From Coleofasciculus chthonoplastes F2-STO-03 (GTDB lineage Bacteria; Cyanobacteriota; Cyanobacteriia; Cyanobacteriales; Coleofasciculaceae), in assembly GCA_040222015.1 (NCBI GenBank), contig JAVJWO010000005.1, forward strand, positions 1 to 64,000: a DNA stretch of 64,000 bases. The letters run 5' to 3'. Made by a program: the position numbers and the translations under genes. The notes beneath the pieces were generated by a model that saw only the letters and a list, made by a program, of their open reading frames with translations, was not told the DNA's origin and did not search any database. Numbering within the stretch: position 1 is the stretch's first letter; the number at the start of each line of letters is the position of its first letter. Below are positions 47,850 through 58,842 of this stretch, piece after piece.

Positions 47850-50660
47850 ATGAAGTGGGCTAGTCAAATTTTTCGGCTAAAGATTCGGTCTAGTTTGAGA
47901 CAGTATGCTTCCATTGTGATACTGTTTGGGCTAACCCTGTTTCTCGTCACCACGGTATTGCCTGCAATCTCATATCCGGTTGAATCTTTACACCTTAGTG
48001 GAGACAAGGTAGAGGGCAGTGGTTCGACAGGCTCACCAACCAGGCAGAGGGCAGAAGGACGTGTGGCTATTGCCCAAACCGATAAAATCTTATACCTTGG
48101 GGATATTAGCAACCACTTAAAACGCCAACCCCCAAACGCCAAAATTGCCAATTCCCCAACCCCCTTAGAACAAGGAATTGCCGCCTTTGAAGCGGGACGT
48201 TTTGCTGAGGCGGCTCAATTTTGGCAACAAGCCGCCCAAGAGTATGAAGCAAAGCGCGATCGCCTAAACCAAGCCCTAAGTTTAAGTTATCTCTCGTTAG
48301 CCTATCAAAATTTGGGACAAGTCCAGGACGCAGAACAAGCGATTAGCCAAAGTCTTGATCTGTTGCAACACCAAGACAATTGGGAATCAGGGGGTTTGGC
48401 GATTCTGGGTCAAGCCTTGAATACGCAGGGACGCCTGCAACTCACCAAAGGACAAGCTGAAGCCGCCTTGGATACCTGGAAACAAGCCACCGACGCTTAC
48501 AGTCGTGCGGGTGATGAAACCGGAAAACTGGGAAGCCAAATTAACCAAGCCCAAGCCTTACAAACTTTGGGACTCTATCGACGGGCGCAAACCCGCCTAG
48601 AACAGGCAAATCAACACCTCCAAGCTCAACCTGACTCCCTGCTAAAAGTTCAAGGGTTGCAGAGTTTAGGAATTGCCCTGCAAGAGTTGGGTGATCCCAA
48701 AACGTCCCAAACCCTTTTAACCCAAAGTTTAGCGATCGCTCAAAATCTTAACCCAACTCCCGATACCAGTGCGATTCTGTTGAGTTTAGGGAATGTGGCG
48801 AGAGATTTACAAGAGGATGACAAGGCTTTAGATTATTACCAGAAAGCAGCTAAAAATGCAAGCAATTCGCTGATCCAAATCAAGGCTCAATTGAACCAAC
48901 TGAGTCTGTTGATTGATAGTGAACAGAACGAGACGGCGATCGCACTATTACCGCAAATCCAAGTTAGTCTCGCCACCCTATCCCCCAGTCGGGCGGCGGT
49001 TTATGCTCAGGTAAATTTTGCAGACAGCCTGATGCGGATGGGAAGTGATGTAGAGACGTGCCATGGCACGTCTGGATGTCAATTGGTAGGGGCGGGTTTA
49101 ACCGATAATGTTACCCCAGAAACCGGAAGCGCTAAAGCGCTGACTACGAACAGTGCGATCGCGCAATTGTTAGCCAAAGCCATTCAACAAGCTAGACAGA
49201 TTCAAGACGCTAAAGCTGAATCCTACGCCATTGGACAATTAGGCAAACTTTACGAACAAAAGCAGCAGTTAGCCGAGGCGCAAAAGCTGACACAACAGGC
49301 GCTGAGTCTAGTTCAAGGCATTAATGCTGGCGATATTGCCTATTTATGGGAATGGCAACTGGGTCGAATTCAGGAAAAGCAAGGCAATATAAAGGATGCC
49401 GTCGCCGCTTATACCGTAGCCGTGGAAACCCTGCGATCGCTCCGCAGTGATTTGATTGCCCTGCCAAATTTACAATTCTACTTTCGAGAACGAGTTGAAC
49501 CCGTCTATCGTCAACTGGTGGGATTACTCCTCAAATCTGATCCGTCTCAAAAAAACCTGCAAAAAGCTCGCGAGGTGATTGAATCCCTCCAGCTTGCTGA
49601 ATTAGATAACTTTTTTCGCAACACCTGTACCCAGGCGCAATCCCAGCAAATCGATCAGGTTGATCCCACAGCAGCAGTCATTTATCCAATTATTCTGCCC
49701 GATCGTTTAGCTGTGATTCTATCATTGCCGGGACAACCCCTGCGCCATTATGAAACTCAATTACCGGAAGCAGAAGTCAACAACGCCTTTGTCCAACTCC
49801 GCAAATTCCTCAATCCTGTTCTGTCAAACAAACAACGGTTACGCTACTCCCAAGACATTTATGACTGGCTGATTCGACCCATAGAAGCCGCGTTAACCGA
49901 CAATGAGATTAAAACCCTCGTCTTTATCCTGGATGGGGCGTTGCGAAATCTGCCTATGGCAGCCCTTCATGATGGAGAACAGTATCTCATTGAAAAATAT
50001 AGTGTCGCGGTTAGTCCCGGATTGCAACTGTTAGAACCGCGTGCATTAGACCGAGAACGGCTTCAGGCATTAATTGGTGGACTCAGCGAGGAACGTGGGG
50101 GGTTTTCTGCCTTACCGGGAGTTGAGTTGGAACTGAAAAAAATCTCGGATCAAGTACCGTCTGAGATGCTGTTCAATCAGGAGTTTACCACAACCACACT
50201 TAAGCAGGAAATTAGTGATGTTCCTTTCCCCATAGTTCACCTAGCTACTCATGGTCAGTTTAGTTCCGAGGTGGAAGATACGTTTATCTTGACTTGGGAA
50301 GGGCAAGTTAATGTCAATGATTTGGATCAACTACTGCAAGTTCGAGAACGAGAGGATAGCCAACCGATTGAATTACTGGTTCTCAGTGCTTGCCAAACCG
50401 CAACCGGGGATCAACGAGCCGCCTTGGGATTAGCGGGTGTTGCTGTACGTTCCGGCGCTCGCAGCACTCTGGCAACCCTGTGGTCAGTTCGCGACGAATC
50501 AACGGCTCAACTTATGGCTGAGTTTTACCAATACCTGACTCAAGCTGAAAACAGCAAAGCGGAATCTCTGCGTCAGGCACAGCTTTCTATCTTGAAAAAT
50601 CCTAAGTACGAGCATCCTTATTACTGGGCACCGTTTGTTTTAGTAGGCAATTGGTTATAG
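47850..50660 (+). CDS. TPR-CHAT (caspase-like) protein with an N-terminal hydrophobic/signal segment
   Basis: TPR repeats, HLATHGQF and LSACQT dyad motifs, and HPYYWAPFVLVGNWL. Confidence 0.93.
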   Translation: MKWASQIFRLKIRSSLRQYASIVILFGLTLFLVTTVLPAISYPVESLHLSGDKVEGSGSTGSPTRQRAEGRVAIAQTDKILYLGDISNHLKRQPPNAKIANSPTPLEQGIAAFEAGRFAEAAQFWQQAAQEYEAKRDRLNQALSLSYLSLAYQNLGQVQDAEQAISQSLDLLQHQDNWESGGLAILGQALNTQGRLQLTKGQAEAALDTWKQATDAYSRAGDETGKLGSQINQAQALQTLGLYRRAQTRLEQANQHLQAQPDSLLKVQGLQSLGIALQELGDPKTSQTLLTQSLAIAQNLNPTPDTSAILLSLGNVARDLQEDDKALDYYQKAAKNASNSLIQIKAQLNQLSLLIDSEQNETAIALLPQIQVSLATLSPSRAAVYAQVNFADSLMRMGSDVETCHGTSGCQLVGAGLTDNVTPETGSAKALTTNSAIAQLLAKAIQQARQIQDAKAESYAIGQLGKLYEQKQQLAEAQKLTQQALSLVQGINAGDIAYLWEWQLGRIQEKQGNIKDAVAAYTVAVETLRSLRSDLIALPNLQFYFRERVEPVYRQLVGLLLKSDPSQKNLQKAREVIESLQLAELDNFFRNTCTQAQSQQIDQVDPTAAVIYPIILPDRLAVILSLPGQPLRHYETQLPEAEVNNAFVQLRKFLNPVLSNKQRLRYSQDIYDWLIRPIEAALTDNEIKTLVFILDGALRNLPMAALHDGEQYLIEKYSVAVSPGLQLLEPRALDRERLQALIGGLSEERGGFSALPGVELELKKISDQVPSEMLFNQEFTTTTLKQEISDVPFPIVHLATHGQFSSEVEDTFILTWEGQVNVNDLDQLLQVREREDSQPIELLVLSACQTATGDQRAALGLAGVAVRSGARSTLATLWSVRDESTAQLMAEFYQYLTQAENSKAESLRQAQLSILKNPKYEHPYYWAPFVLVGNWL

Positions 50661-50731
50661 TCGAACAAAGCCTTGATAGTTAATGGTTTCGGCTTTATGC
50701 AGCAAGCCATAGTTAGTCGATAAAATATTTC

Positions 50732-50746
50732 TGTAACAAACGATAC
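50732..50746. promoter_or_regulatory. Possible NtcA box
   Basis: TGTAACAAACGATAC matches GTA-N8-TAC, but the -10 spacing is non-canonical. Confidence 0.25.
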
Positions 50747-51184
50747 TTTTTATCAGCTTTGCTAACATTCCCAGCTTCCAGACGCGCTATGGCGCGTCTC
50801 TACTCCGTCTGAATCAGGATTCTCATTAAGGTGCAAGTGCAACTGAAATCTTGCGATCTAGGGAGTAAATCAGTATTATTGCGAGTCATCAACGGGGAAA
50901 ACCCGAACTTTTCGTTAATTAGCTCGTTTTGAGATAGTTTGTTCAAAATCGTGGCAGATGGCAGCTCAGGTTCATCAAAAATCCCGGATGGGGATTATCG
51001 CAGGGCAGACTTAGATGTATTTTTGTGATCAACCTTACATAGAAAGACTTATTACAACATAAATCTTCTCAATTTTTATTCCTATGGGTTGAGTAAAATC
51101 TAGGGGTGAAGACTGGCTATTATAAACAAAATTGTTTAATATTAATAGTGTCATTAGCCAAGGCATTTACTGTTCAAGAGGATT

Positions 51185-51958
51185 ATGCTCATGACTTGGC
51201 AACATTACTACACTTATATTAGCTTCTTTGTCCTCAGTCTGTTGTGGAACATCCTGCCGATTGAGGGGCTACCCGTGCAGGCGCAAGAGGTTATGCCGGG
51301 TAGAACGTTAGCCAGTCGGTCGATGGTGACGGTAAGTTTCACACCGCCATCAACGGGTGAGCCACTCTTACCCAACAATAGACAAGGAGGAGGAACTCGT
51401 GATGGTGGATGTCCTCAAGACGCCAAGGCACTTGACCCAAGGATTACCCCTGTAATGCCCACGACTCGCCAAGGATTGACTGTGGCGGAGCGCCCAACAT
51501 TTTTTGTTTACGTCCCTAAAACCACGGCGAAGCAGGCACTTTTTGTGCTTAAGGACGAAAATGAGGATTATTATTACGAAACAACCTTGCCCATACCTAA
51601 ACAAGCAGGGATTCTCAGCGTAAAGCTCCCCGATGAAGCATCCAAGCTAGAAATGGGTAAAACGTATCATTGGTCGTTTCTGATGATTTGTGGCGCACAA
51701 GTTACGCCCGATAGTCCCGGAGTCCAAGGCGTGATTAAACGGATTAAGCCGAATGGAACATTAAATCAGCTAGACGGAGAACCTCTGCTAGAACAGGCTC
51801 TCCAGTATGGGGCAAATGGTATTTGGTTTGATACTCTGACAACCCTGGCTCAACTTAGACAATCTAATCCAGAGGATTCCTCCTTTCAAGTGGCTTGGGC
51901 AGACTTATTGAAATCGGTGGGACTCGATGCGATCGCGACTCAGCCCCTGGTTAATTGA
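51185..51958 (+). CDS. DUF928 family protein
   Basis: GGGTR..C, GLTVAERPTFFVYVP, GKTYHW, GIWFDTL and W..LLKSVGL motifs. Confidence 0.88.
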   Translation: MLMTWQHYYTYISFFVLSLLWNILPIEGLPVQAQEVMPGRTLASRSMVTVSFTPPSTGEPLLPNNRQGGGTRDGGCPQDAKALDPRITPVMPTTRQGLTVAERPTFFVYVPKTTAKQALFVLKDENEDYYYETTLPIPKQAGILSVKLPDEASKLEMGKTYHWSFLMICGAQVTPDSPGVQGVIKRIKPNGTLNQLDGEPLLEQALQYGANGIWFDTLTTLAQLRQSNPEDSSFQVAWADLLKSVGLDAIATQPLVN

Positions 51959-52126
51959 TATCAGTTGGTGGGGGCGCTCTTTAATGATTTAAATAATACA
52001 GTCGCTTTTCTGAGATTAACGATTGAGACTGGGGCGAGTCGAGACAGGTTAATTCTTACCCTCCACATTTATGCAGCGACTCGCCCCTACAACCCCTGCT
52101 TAACAGACGCTTCTGGCATCGCATCT

Positions 52127-53614
52127 CTACAGTTGCAGATTCAGCGCATTGAGTTGAGCTTGGGCTTTTTGTAGAGACTCATACCATTCCTTTTGTGGAT
52201 CACTGTCTGCCACAATCCCAGCACCCACTTGCCCCCAAACCGTTGCTCCAGCTTGAGAATGGCTAGATTTACTATACAGCAACGTGCGAATCAAAATATT
52301 TAAGTCCAGGTTTCCTCGCCAATCTAAATAACCGCAAGAACCATAAAATAAATTGCGCTTGACAGGTTCGAGTTCTTCAATAATTTCCATACAGCGAACT
52401 TTAGGACAACCCGTAATGGTTCCTCCCGGAAATACACCTTGAATCAAGTCGATTGGGTCACACTTAGGGCTGAGTGTACCCATAATATTGCTAACTAAGT
52501 GCATGACGTGACTGTAGCGTTCAATGGTAAGAAGTTCATTCACTTGTACAGTTCCCCATTCACAAACTCTGCCGATATCATTGCGCTCTAAGTCAACTAA
52601 CATGATATGTTCGGCTCTTTCCTTCTTATTAGCAATTAACTCTTGGGCTAACTGCTCATCTTGAGTCGAAGTAGCGCCACGTTTTCGCGTTCCAGCAATC
52701 GGTCGAGTCTCAACTTTTGTGCCGGATAACTGAATCAATCGTTCGGGTGAACAGCTAATCATTGCCCCCCACGGCGTTTGCCAATAACTGGCAAAGGGGG
52801 AAGGATTAATCTGTTGCAACGCTCGATAAATTGACCAGCTATCCAAAGCGGTATGTGCTTCAAACCGTAACGACAAATTCGCCTGGAAGATATCGCCAGC
52901 TTGAATATATCGTTTCGCTTGCTGCACCGCTGCCATATAATCGTGCTGAGAGCTGTGGAAAATGGGAGTGATGGGATTACTTTTGTCCGGTTTGGCTGGA
53001 TGCTTTACTCCTGTCTCTCTATCCGCTTCCTCTAACTGACGTTGCAGGGAGTCGAGTTGAGTCGAATCTGTCGTCGCTAACCAGAGAATTTGCTGATGAT
53101 GATCCAGCACCGCAAAGGATTCAGGTTCATACCAGTAGGCGATGGGGAAAGGCATAAGATCATCGTTTAGGTGGGGGAGTTGCTCAATTTCCCAGGCTAA
53201 GTCATATCCCAGCCATCCTAACCAACCCCCTGTAAAGGGAAGTTCAGCAGGTAAAGGTGATTCTGGCTTTTGTACTTGAAGCAGGCGGCGCAGGAAAGGT
53301 AGAATGTTTCCCACAGGCGGTGTCCATAGTTGAGGTTGATTTTCCATTAACCGAGGAGAACCCGCACAAATCGAATATCGAGCCAGATGGGTAGGATTTG
53401 GCGTTAATGGGCTTTCTAAAAGAGTAGCAATGTGATAATTTGCTGTCAAATCGTTCCCCAGAGTTGAATCTCCTCTGGGATTGAGAAATAGCGCCTCGAA
53501 GACGTGCGAACCACTACGCTTAGCCAGAGGAAGCTGACGCCAATGCCAAGGTTGTACGGGGTTGAGGGAGGATGGTAGGGGGGCAAATAACTCAGGTGCG
53601 ATCGCGGTATTCAC
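52127..53614 (-). CDS. Chorismate-binding enzyme, anthranilate synthase component I / PabB family
   Basis: GDIFQANLS, SCSPERL, TRPIAGT, EHIMLVDLERND and FPGGTITGCPK motifs. Confidence 0.92.
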   Translation of the reverse strand: MNTAIAPELFAPLPSSLNPVQPWHWRQLPLAKRSGSHVFEALFLNPRGDSTLGNDLTANYHIATLLESPLTPNPTHLARYSICAGSPRLMENQPQLWTPPVGNILPFLRRLLQVQKPESPLPAELPFTGGWLGWLGYDLAWEIEQLPHLNDDLMPFPIAYWYEPESFAVLDHHQQILWLATTDSTQLDSLQRQLEEADRETGVKHPAKPDKSNPITPIFHSSQHDYMAAVQQAKRYIQAGDIFQANLSLRFEAHTALDSWSIYRALQQINPSPFASYWQTPWGAMISCSPERLIQLSGTKVETRPIAGTRKRGATSTQDEQLAQELIANKKERAEHIMLVDLERNDIGRVCEWGTVQVNELLTIERYSHVMHLVSNIMGTLSPKCDPIDLIQGVFPGGTITGCPKVRCMEIIEELEPVKRNLFYGSCGYLDWRGNLDLNILIRTLLYSKSSHSQAGATVWGQVGAGIVADSDPQKEWYESLQKAQAQLNALNLQL

Positions 53615-53838
53615 GTCTATTCGGTAGTAATTTTTTCTTTTGCTGCGCCTTTTGGCTACAATATTTGTATAACATCAACCCTCTATAGACAATAACAATT
53701 TAGTCAGTTTTCTGAGCAAGTAATTTTACCTATCCGTCTTCAATAAGCTAAAAGTTCGGACGTAATAGGTTTATCAAAACTTGGTGAATTGAAAAACCTG
53801 CATCTATAAAATAGTGGCGATTTTTCAGCCAAAAGGTA

Positions 53839-55923
53839 ATGAATGAATCGATAACATTTTTACAAACAGGGCTACCCGAAGGTCCAATTGTTGCGTTTAC
53901 TATCCTGCTGTTAGTCAGTTTAACCATTCCGCCGTTGTTCGAGCGCCTGGGATTGCCTGGGTTAGTCGGATTACTGTTAGCAGGAGTCCTCTTGGGTTCC
54001 AATGGATTGCAGCTATTGGATGGTGACAGCGAAACCATGAAGCTGCTCTCCGATATTGGCAAAATTTACCTGATGTTTGTGGCTGGGCTAGAAATTGACT
54101 TAGTGCAGTTTCGCAAGAAGAAACATCGGTCTTTAGTATTTGGATTGATGACCTTTATCGTACCACTCATCGTCAGTATGATGATTGGGCGATTATTTGG
54201 TTTTGGTTGGAATACTTCCCTGTTGATGGGGTCTTTATTTGCCTCCCATACTCTATTAGGGTATCCCATTGTTCAGCGCTTGGGGTTAGTTGAGAAAGAA
54301 TCTGTTATTGTTACCATTGGCGCGACAATCTTTACTGATATCAGTGCGCTGCTTGTCCTAGCCATTTGTGTTTCGATTAATGCGGGAGAGTTTTCTCTCT
54401 ATAGTTTATTCCAGCAATTGGTGGCACTAGCCATTTACACCGCCATCGTTTTATTTGGCTTTGACTGGGTGGGAAAGGAACACTTTCGGCGGACGGGAGA
54501 TGATGAGGGGAATCAATTTTTGTTCGTACTCCTAGCTGTATTTCTGGCTTCGGTGGGGGCAGAAATTATTCAAGTTGATCAGATTGTCGGTGCCTTTATG
54601 GCAGGTTTGGCGGTTAATGATGTGGTGGGAAACTCACCCGTTAAAGATAAAGTGGAGTTTGTCGGTAGTGTTTTATTTATTCCCTTTTTCTTTGTAGACA
54701 TGGGCTTACTCCTCGACATTCCCGTGTTTATCGAAAGCCTCACCACCAGTTTTTGGCTAACCCTAGCAATTGTCGTGGGATTACTGGGGAGCAAATTCCT
54801 CGCCGCCGCGATCGCAAAATTCCTCTATGATTACAGTTTGGACGAGATGATCGTAATGTGGTCCCTGTCTATCCCCCAAGTCGCCGCCACCCTAGCCGCC
54901 GCGTTGGTTGGCTTGCAGGTGGGGTTAATCACGGAAACCGTCTTTAACAGCGTCATTGTCTTGATGCTAATCACCTCAATCCTGGGTCCGTTATTAACCG
55001 GAAAATTTGCGCCGAAACTTCCTTTACCCAAAGCCAGTCCAAAAAGTAGACAGTCCAAACTTTGGTGGGAAAATCCTCGCTCTAAACCGATAGAGGAACA
55101 AGAGTCAGCTCCGTTTACGATAGTCGTACCTGTGAGCAAAAGTCAAACCAAGGGGTATTTAATGGAAATGGCAGCCCTGCTAGCGCGTCACCAATCCGGT
55201 CAAATTATACCCCTGTCCATCTCTCCAGCCCATACCTACATGGACGAACCCCAGATGCAGGTTAACCTGCGCCAAAGTCGGCGACTCTTAAACAAGGCAC
55301 TAACAGTTAGTTCAGAATTTGACGCCGAGGCAAAACCGATACTGCGAATTGAGAATGACATCGCCTCTGGAATTGTTCACACCGCCCGTGAACAAGATGC
55401 CAGTTTAATTGTCATGAGTTGGCGCAAAAATACAGGATTGCGGGCACGTTTGTTTGGTACGATTATTAATCGGGTATTTTGGGCATCTCACTGTCCAGTT
55501 GCGGTAATGCGACTCTTAGATGAACCTGTCAACCTGCGTAAAATTTTGGTACCCGCGAAGAACTTTTCGCCGCAAACCATACGCACAGTGAGGTTTGCTC
55601 AACTCCTAGCGGATACCCATCAAGGGGAGGTGAAATTACTGCACGTTTGTCCGACTAAAACGACACCTTCTGACATAGCGGCGATTGAAGACGAGTATAT
55701 CAATATGTTGAATATCACAGGAGGGCAGGTAAAATCAGAGGTGCAAGTGATTAAAGCTGACGATGTGGCGCTGGCGATTTTGAAAGTAGCTAAGTTAGCG
55801 GATATGGTCATTTTGCGCTCTTTACGTCGCCGTACTATTGCGGGGTTAGCGGTAAGCGATATTACCACACAATTGATTAAGGAACTGACCTGCTCATTAG
55901 TGTTGTTTGGAGAACCGTATTGA
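53839..55923 (+). CDS. Cation:proton antiporter (CPA2) with C-terminal universal stress domains
   Basis: Multi-TM N-terminal domain (LMFVAGLEID, ASHTLLGYP, IVGAFMAG) and two USP-like domains. Confidence 0.9.
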   Translation: MNESITFLQTGLPEGPIVAFTILLLVSLTIPPLFERLGLPGLVGLLLAGVLLGSNGLQLLDGDSETMKLLSDIGKIYLMFVAGLEIDLVQFRKKKHRSLVFGLMTFIVPLIVSMMIGRLFGFGWNTSLLMGSLFASHTLLGYPIVQRLGLVEKESVIVTIGATIFTDISALLVLAICVSINAGEFSLYSLFQQLVALAIYTAIVLFGFDWVGKEHFRRTGDDEGNQFLFVLLAVFLASVGAEIIQVDQIVGAFMAGLAVNDVVGNSPVKDKVEFVGSVLFIPFFFVDMGLLLDIPVFIESLTTSFWLTLAIVVGLLGSKFLAAAIAKFLYDYSLDEMIVMWSLSIPQVAATLAAALVGLQVGLITETVFNSVIVLMLITSILGPLLTGKFAPKLPLPKASPKSRQSKLWWENPRSKPIEEQESAPFTIVVPVSKSQTKGYLMEMAALLARHQSGQIIPLSISPAHTYMDEPQMQVNLRQSRRLLNKALTVSSEFDAEAKPILRIENDIASGIVHTAREQDASLIVMSWRKNTGLRARLFGTIINRVFWASHCPVAVMRLLDEPVNLRKILVPAKNFSPQTIRTVRFAQLLADTHQGEVKLLHVCPTKTTPSDIAAIEDEYINMLNITGGQVKSEVQVIKADDVALAILKVAKLADMVILRSLRRRTIAGLAVSDITTQLIKELTCSLVLFGEPY

Positions 55924-56106
55924 GTATTCCCAGAAACCGGGTTTGGAGTGAGAACGACAACTCTCATATCGGCATTTCATCCCCAGAAACCCAGTTTCTT
56001 GACCAATGCACTAGGTGTAGGGGAGGACGTCTGTGCATTGGTGTCAACTTAAGGTGAATCCCCACACTGTTATAGATAGGCGATATCATTGCTCATTTTA
56101 ACAGGA

Positions 56107-56212
56107 TATAGCAATAGACACATCGATTAGGACGTTCGGCACCATTGTAGAGACGCGCCATGGCGCGTCTCTACATAAATGATGTGTCCTAACAGCCATG
56201 GCGGTTGCTATA
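56107..56212. repeat. Nested palindromic (MITE/REPIN-like) element
   Basis: Outer TATAGCAA..TTGCTATA, inner TTAGGAC..GTCCTAA, and central palindrome GTAGAGACGCGCCATGGCGCGTCTCTAC. Confidence 0.75.
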
Positions 56213-56213
56213 A

Positions 56214-57095
56214 CTACTCAAGATGTGGTTCATTATTGGGTTTGAGTTGAATAAAATATTGAATCATTTGCTGATAGTCTTTGCCGGCTACAGTAGCCAC
56301 ATTATCATGATCCGCATCAGGAACCAGGAAGAGTTCTTTTGAACCTGTTATAGTATCAAATAAAACTTGGCTCATGTAAGCAGGTACAACGGGGTCATTT
56401 GTGCCATGAATTAAAAGAATCGGCATTTTAAGAGAAGGAACTTTGCTTTTCGAGTTAAACTTTTGCGTCAGCAGCAAATCAGCCGGAAATATAGCATATA
56501 TTCTCTGATGATCGACCATATCCCGCATTGAGGTAAATGTACTTTCCACAATTAAACGGCGGATGCTGGGATTTCGTACCGCTAAATCGATCGCGATCGC
56601 GCCCCCTAGAGATTGACCATATACGACAATATCCTGGGGCGGAATACCCTGTTGCTGCACCAGATAATCCCACGCCGCTTGAGCATCTTGGTACACTTGG
56701 GTTTCAGTGGGAAACTTGCCCTCACTTTGACCATAGCCTCGGTAGTCAAATAACAAGACATCCAAACCTAATTGGTGAAATTCCATTGCCCGTTCGACAT
56801 TCGCGCCGATATTCTCCCCATTCCCATGTAAATACAGCAGCACCCCGGTTTTGGGCGAGGTGGCGGGAATCCACCACCCATGGAGACGTTCTGACTGATT
56901 AGGAGACACAGGTATCCACACCTCCTGATAACTTAAGCCCAAGTCTTCTGGTGTAGTTTTAATGATCTTAGTGGGAACAAAAACTAGCCGATTTTGCCCT
57001 AACCAGATAGAGATACAGGCTAACAGATAAACGATGGCGACAATTCCCGCTAGAATTAGGAACCTCTTTCCCAGAAATAAACTATAATTATTCAT
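56214..57095 (-). CDS. Alpha/beta hydrolase with an N-terminal TM segment
   Basis: HGNGEN, DYRGYG, GQSLGG nucleophile elbow, HGTND and ADHDN. Start probably ATG 57095. Confidence 0.9.
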   Translation of the reverse strand: MNNYSLFLGKRFLILAGIVAIVYLLACISIWLGQNRLVFVPTKIIKTTPEDLGLSYQEVWIPVSPNQSERLHGWWIPATSPKTGVLLYLHGNGENIGANVERAMEFHQLGLDVLLFDYRGYGQSEGKFPTETQVYQDAQAAWDYLVQQQGIPPQDIVVYGQSLGGAIAIDLAVRNPSIRRLIVESTFTSMRDMVDHQRIYAIFPADLLLTQKFNSKSKVPSLKMPILLIHGTNDPVVPAYMSQVLFDTITGSKELFLVPDADHDNVATVAGKDYQQMIQYFIQLKPNNEPHLE

Positions 57096-57297
57096 TCCCG
57101 TAATAGTCTCCCTGGGCAAATCAAAGCGTTAAACGACTACAAACTTGATGCTATTTTTGAATCACCGTGTTTTCCAATCAGGGCGGGTTGAGTCAAGTTA
57201 TCGGTTTTCTCAATAATGTTATCGGTCAAACCCGCCCCTACAAATTATATCTCCTTGCACCTGTAGCCCCTGTCCCCAGCCCCCCGGCACCTCTGCT

Positions 57298-58755
57298 CTA
57301 TTTAAGCGGTGGTTGCTTGAGATGCCAATCCGTAGACTGTTCGTAAGCGTAAGCGACTTGAAATACCTGTTCTTCGCCCAATACTTTTCCAATTAGTTGC
57401 ATCCCAATGGGTAATCCTTGGTCATCAAATCCACAAGGAATACTCATTCCTGGTAATCCTGACAAGTTGACGGGAATTGTCATTAAGTCCGATAAGTACA
57501 TGGTTAACGGATCTGAAATTTTTTCTCCGGCTTTAAATGCAGGAGTTGGGGCGGTGGGACAAACTAAAACATCCACCTTTTCAAAGGCTTGCTCGAAGTC
57601 TTGCTTAATTAGGGTACGAACTTTTTGCGCTTTGAGGTAATAGGCGTCATAATAGCCAGCAGATAGAGCATAGGTTCCCAACATAATCCGGCGCTTGACT
57701 TCCGCCCCGAACCCGGCGGCACGAGTTTTCTTGTACATTTCCAAAAGATTTTCGGCTTCCGGCGTGCGAAACCCATATTTGACGCCATCGTAGCGAGCTA
57801 GGTTGGCTGAGGCTTCACTGGGAGCAATAATATAGTAGGCGGGCAACCCATAGCGAAATCGGGGACAAGAAATTTCTTGTACTTCAGCACCTAGGCTTTT
57901 GAGTTGATCAATGGCTTTTTGAACGGTTTTGGCAATGACGGGATCTAAGCCTTCACCAAAGGTTTCTTTAATAATGCCAATTTTAAGACCTTTGGATTTT
58001 AAATCAGGTTGCAGGGACTTGGTGTAGTCGGGAATCTCCAGCTTGAGACTGGTTGAGTCATTCGGATCATAGCCTGCGATCGCGTTAAGTAAAATCGCCG
58101 CATCTTCTACGCTTCGTCCAAACGGACCAATTTGATCCAATGACGACGCATAAGCGACTAACCCATAACGAGACACTAATCCATAAGTGGGTTTCATCCC
58201 AACAATCCCGCAGAATGATGCAGGGAGACGAATCGATCCCCCTGTATCCGAACCCAACGCTACTACACATTCGCTAGCCGCAACAGCCGCCGCCGAACCC
58301 CCAGAGGAACCCCCAGGAACGCGGGATAAGTCCCAGGGATTCGCCGTCTGTTGATAAGCAGAGGTTTCGCAGGAACTCCCCATGGCAAATTCATCCAAAT
58401 TAGTTTTGCCCACCATGACAGCCCCCGCATCCTTAAGTTTTTGAGTCACGGTAGACTCATAAGGTGGGACGAAGTTTTCCAGGATACGAGAGGCGCAGGT
58501 GGTGGGAATACCCTGAGTACACATATTATCTTTGATGCCAATCGGAATCCCCGCTAACATGCTAATGTCTTCCCCCGCTGCGATTTTGGCATCCACTTGA
58601 CGCGCCTGTTCAAGGGCATAGTCGGCTGTAATATGCAAAAAGCTATGGACTTTGGGTTCTAGCGCCTGAATGCGATCGAGGGCGTCTTGCGTGATTTCAA
58701 CACTGGTGCGTTCTTTGTCGATAAGTTGTTGGTGCAGCTCACGAATGGATGCCAT
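57298..58755 (-). CDS. gatA: Glu-tRNA(Gln)/Asp-tRNA(Asn) amidotransferase subunit A
   Basis: [34 protein letters not shown] and [10 protein letters not shown] motifs. Confidence 0.97.
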   Translation of the reverse strand: MASIRELHQQLIDKERTSVEITQDALDRIQALEPKVHSFLHITADYALEQARQVDAKIAAGEDISMLAGIPIGIKDNMCTQGIPTTCASRILENFVPPYESTVTQKLKDAGAVMVGKTNLDEFAMGSSCETSAYQQTANPWDLSRVPGGSSGGSAAAVAASECVVALGSDTGGSIRLPASFCGIVGMKPTYGLVSRYGLVAYASSLDQIGPFGRSVEDAAILLNAIAGYDPNDSTSLKLEIPDYTKSLQPDLKSKGLKIGIIKETFGEGLDPVIAKTVQKAIDQLKSLGAEVQEISCPRFRYGLPAYYIIAPSEASANLARYDGVKYGFRTPEAENLLEMYKKTRAAGFGAEVKRRIMLGTYALSAGYYDAYYLKAQKVRTLIKQDFEQAFEKVDVLVCPTAPTPAFKAGEKISDPLTMYLSDLMTIPVNLSGLPGMSIPCGFDDQGLPIGMQLIGKVLGEEQVFQVAYAYEQSTDWHLKQPPLK

Positions 58756-58842
58756 GCTTGTACCTATTTATACTGATTTACCATGTTTGCCTTTCGTATT
58801 TTGGCAAAAATTCACAGAAAAAGGGGTTGAGTCACCAAACCC

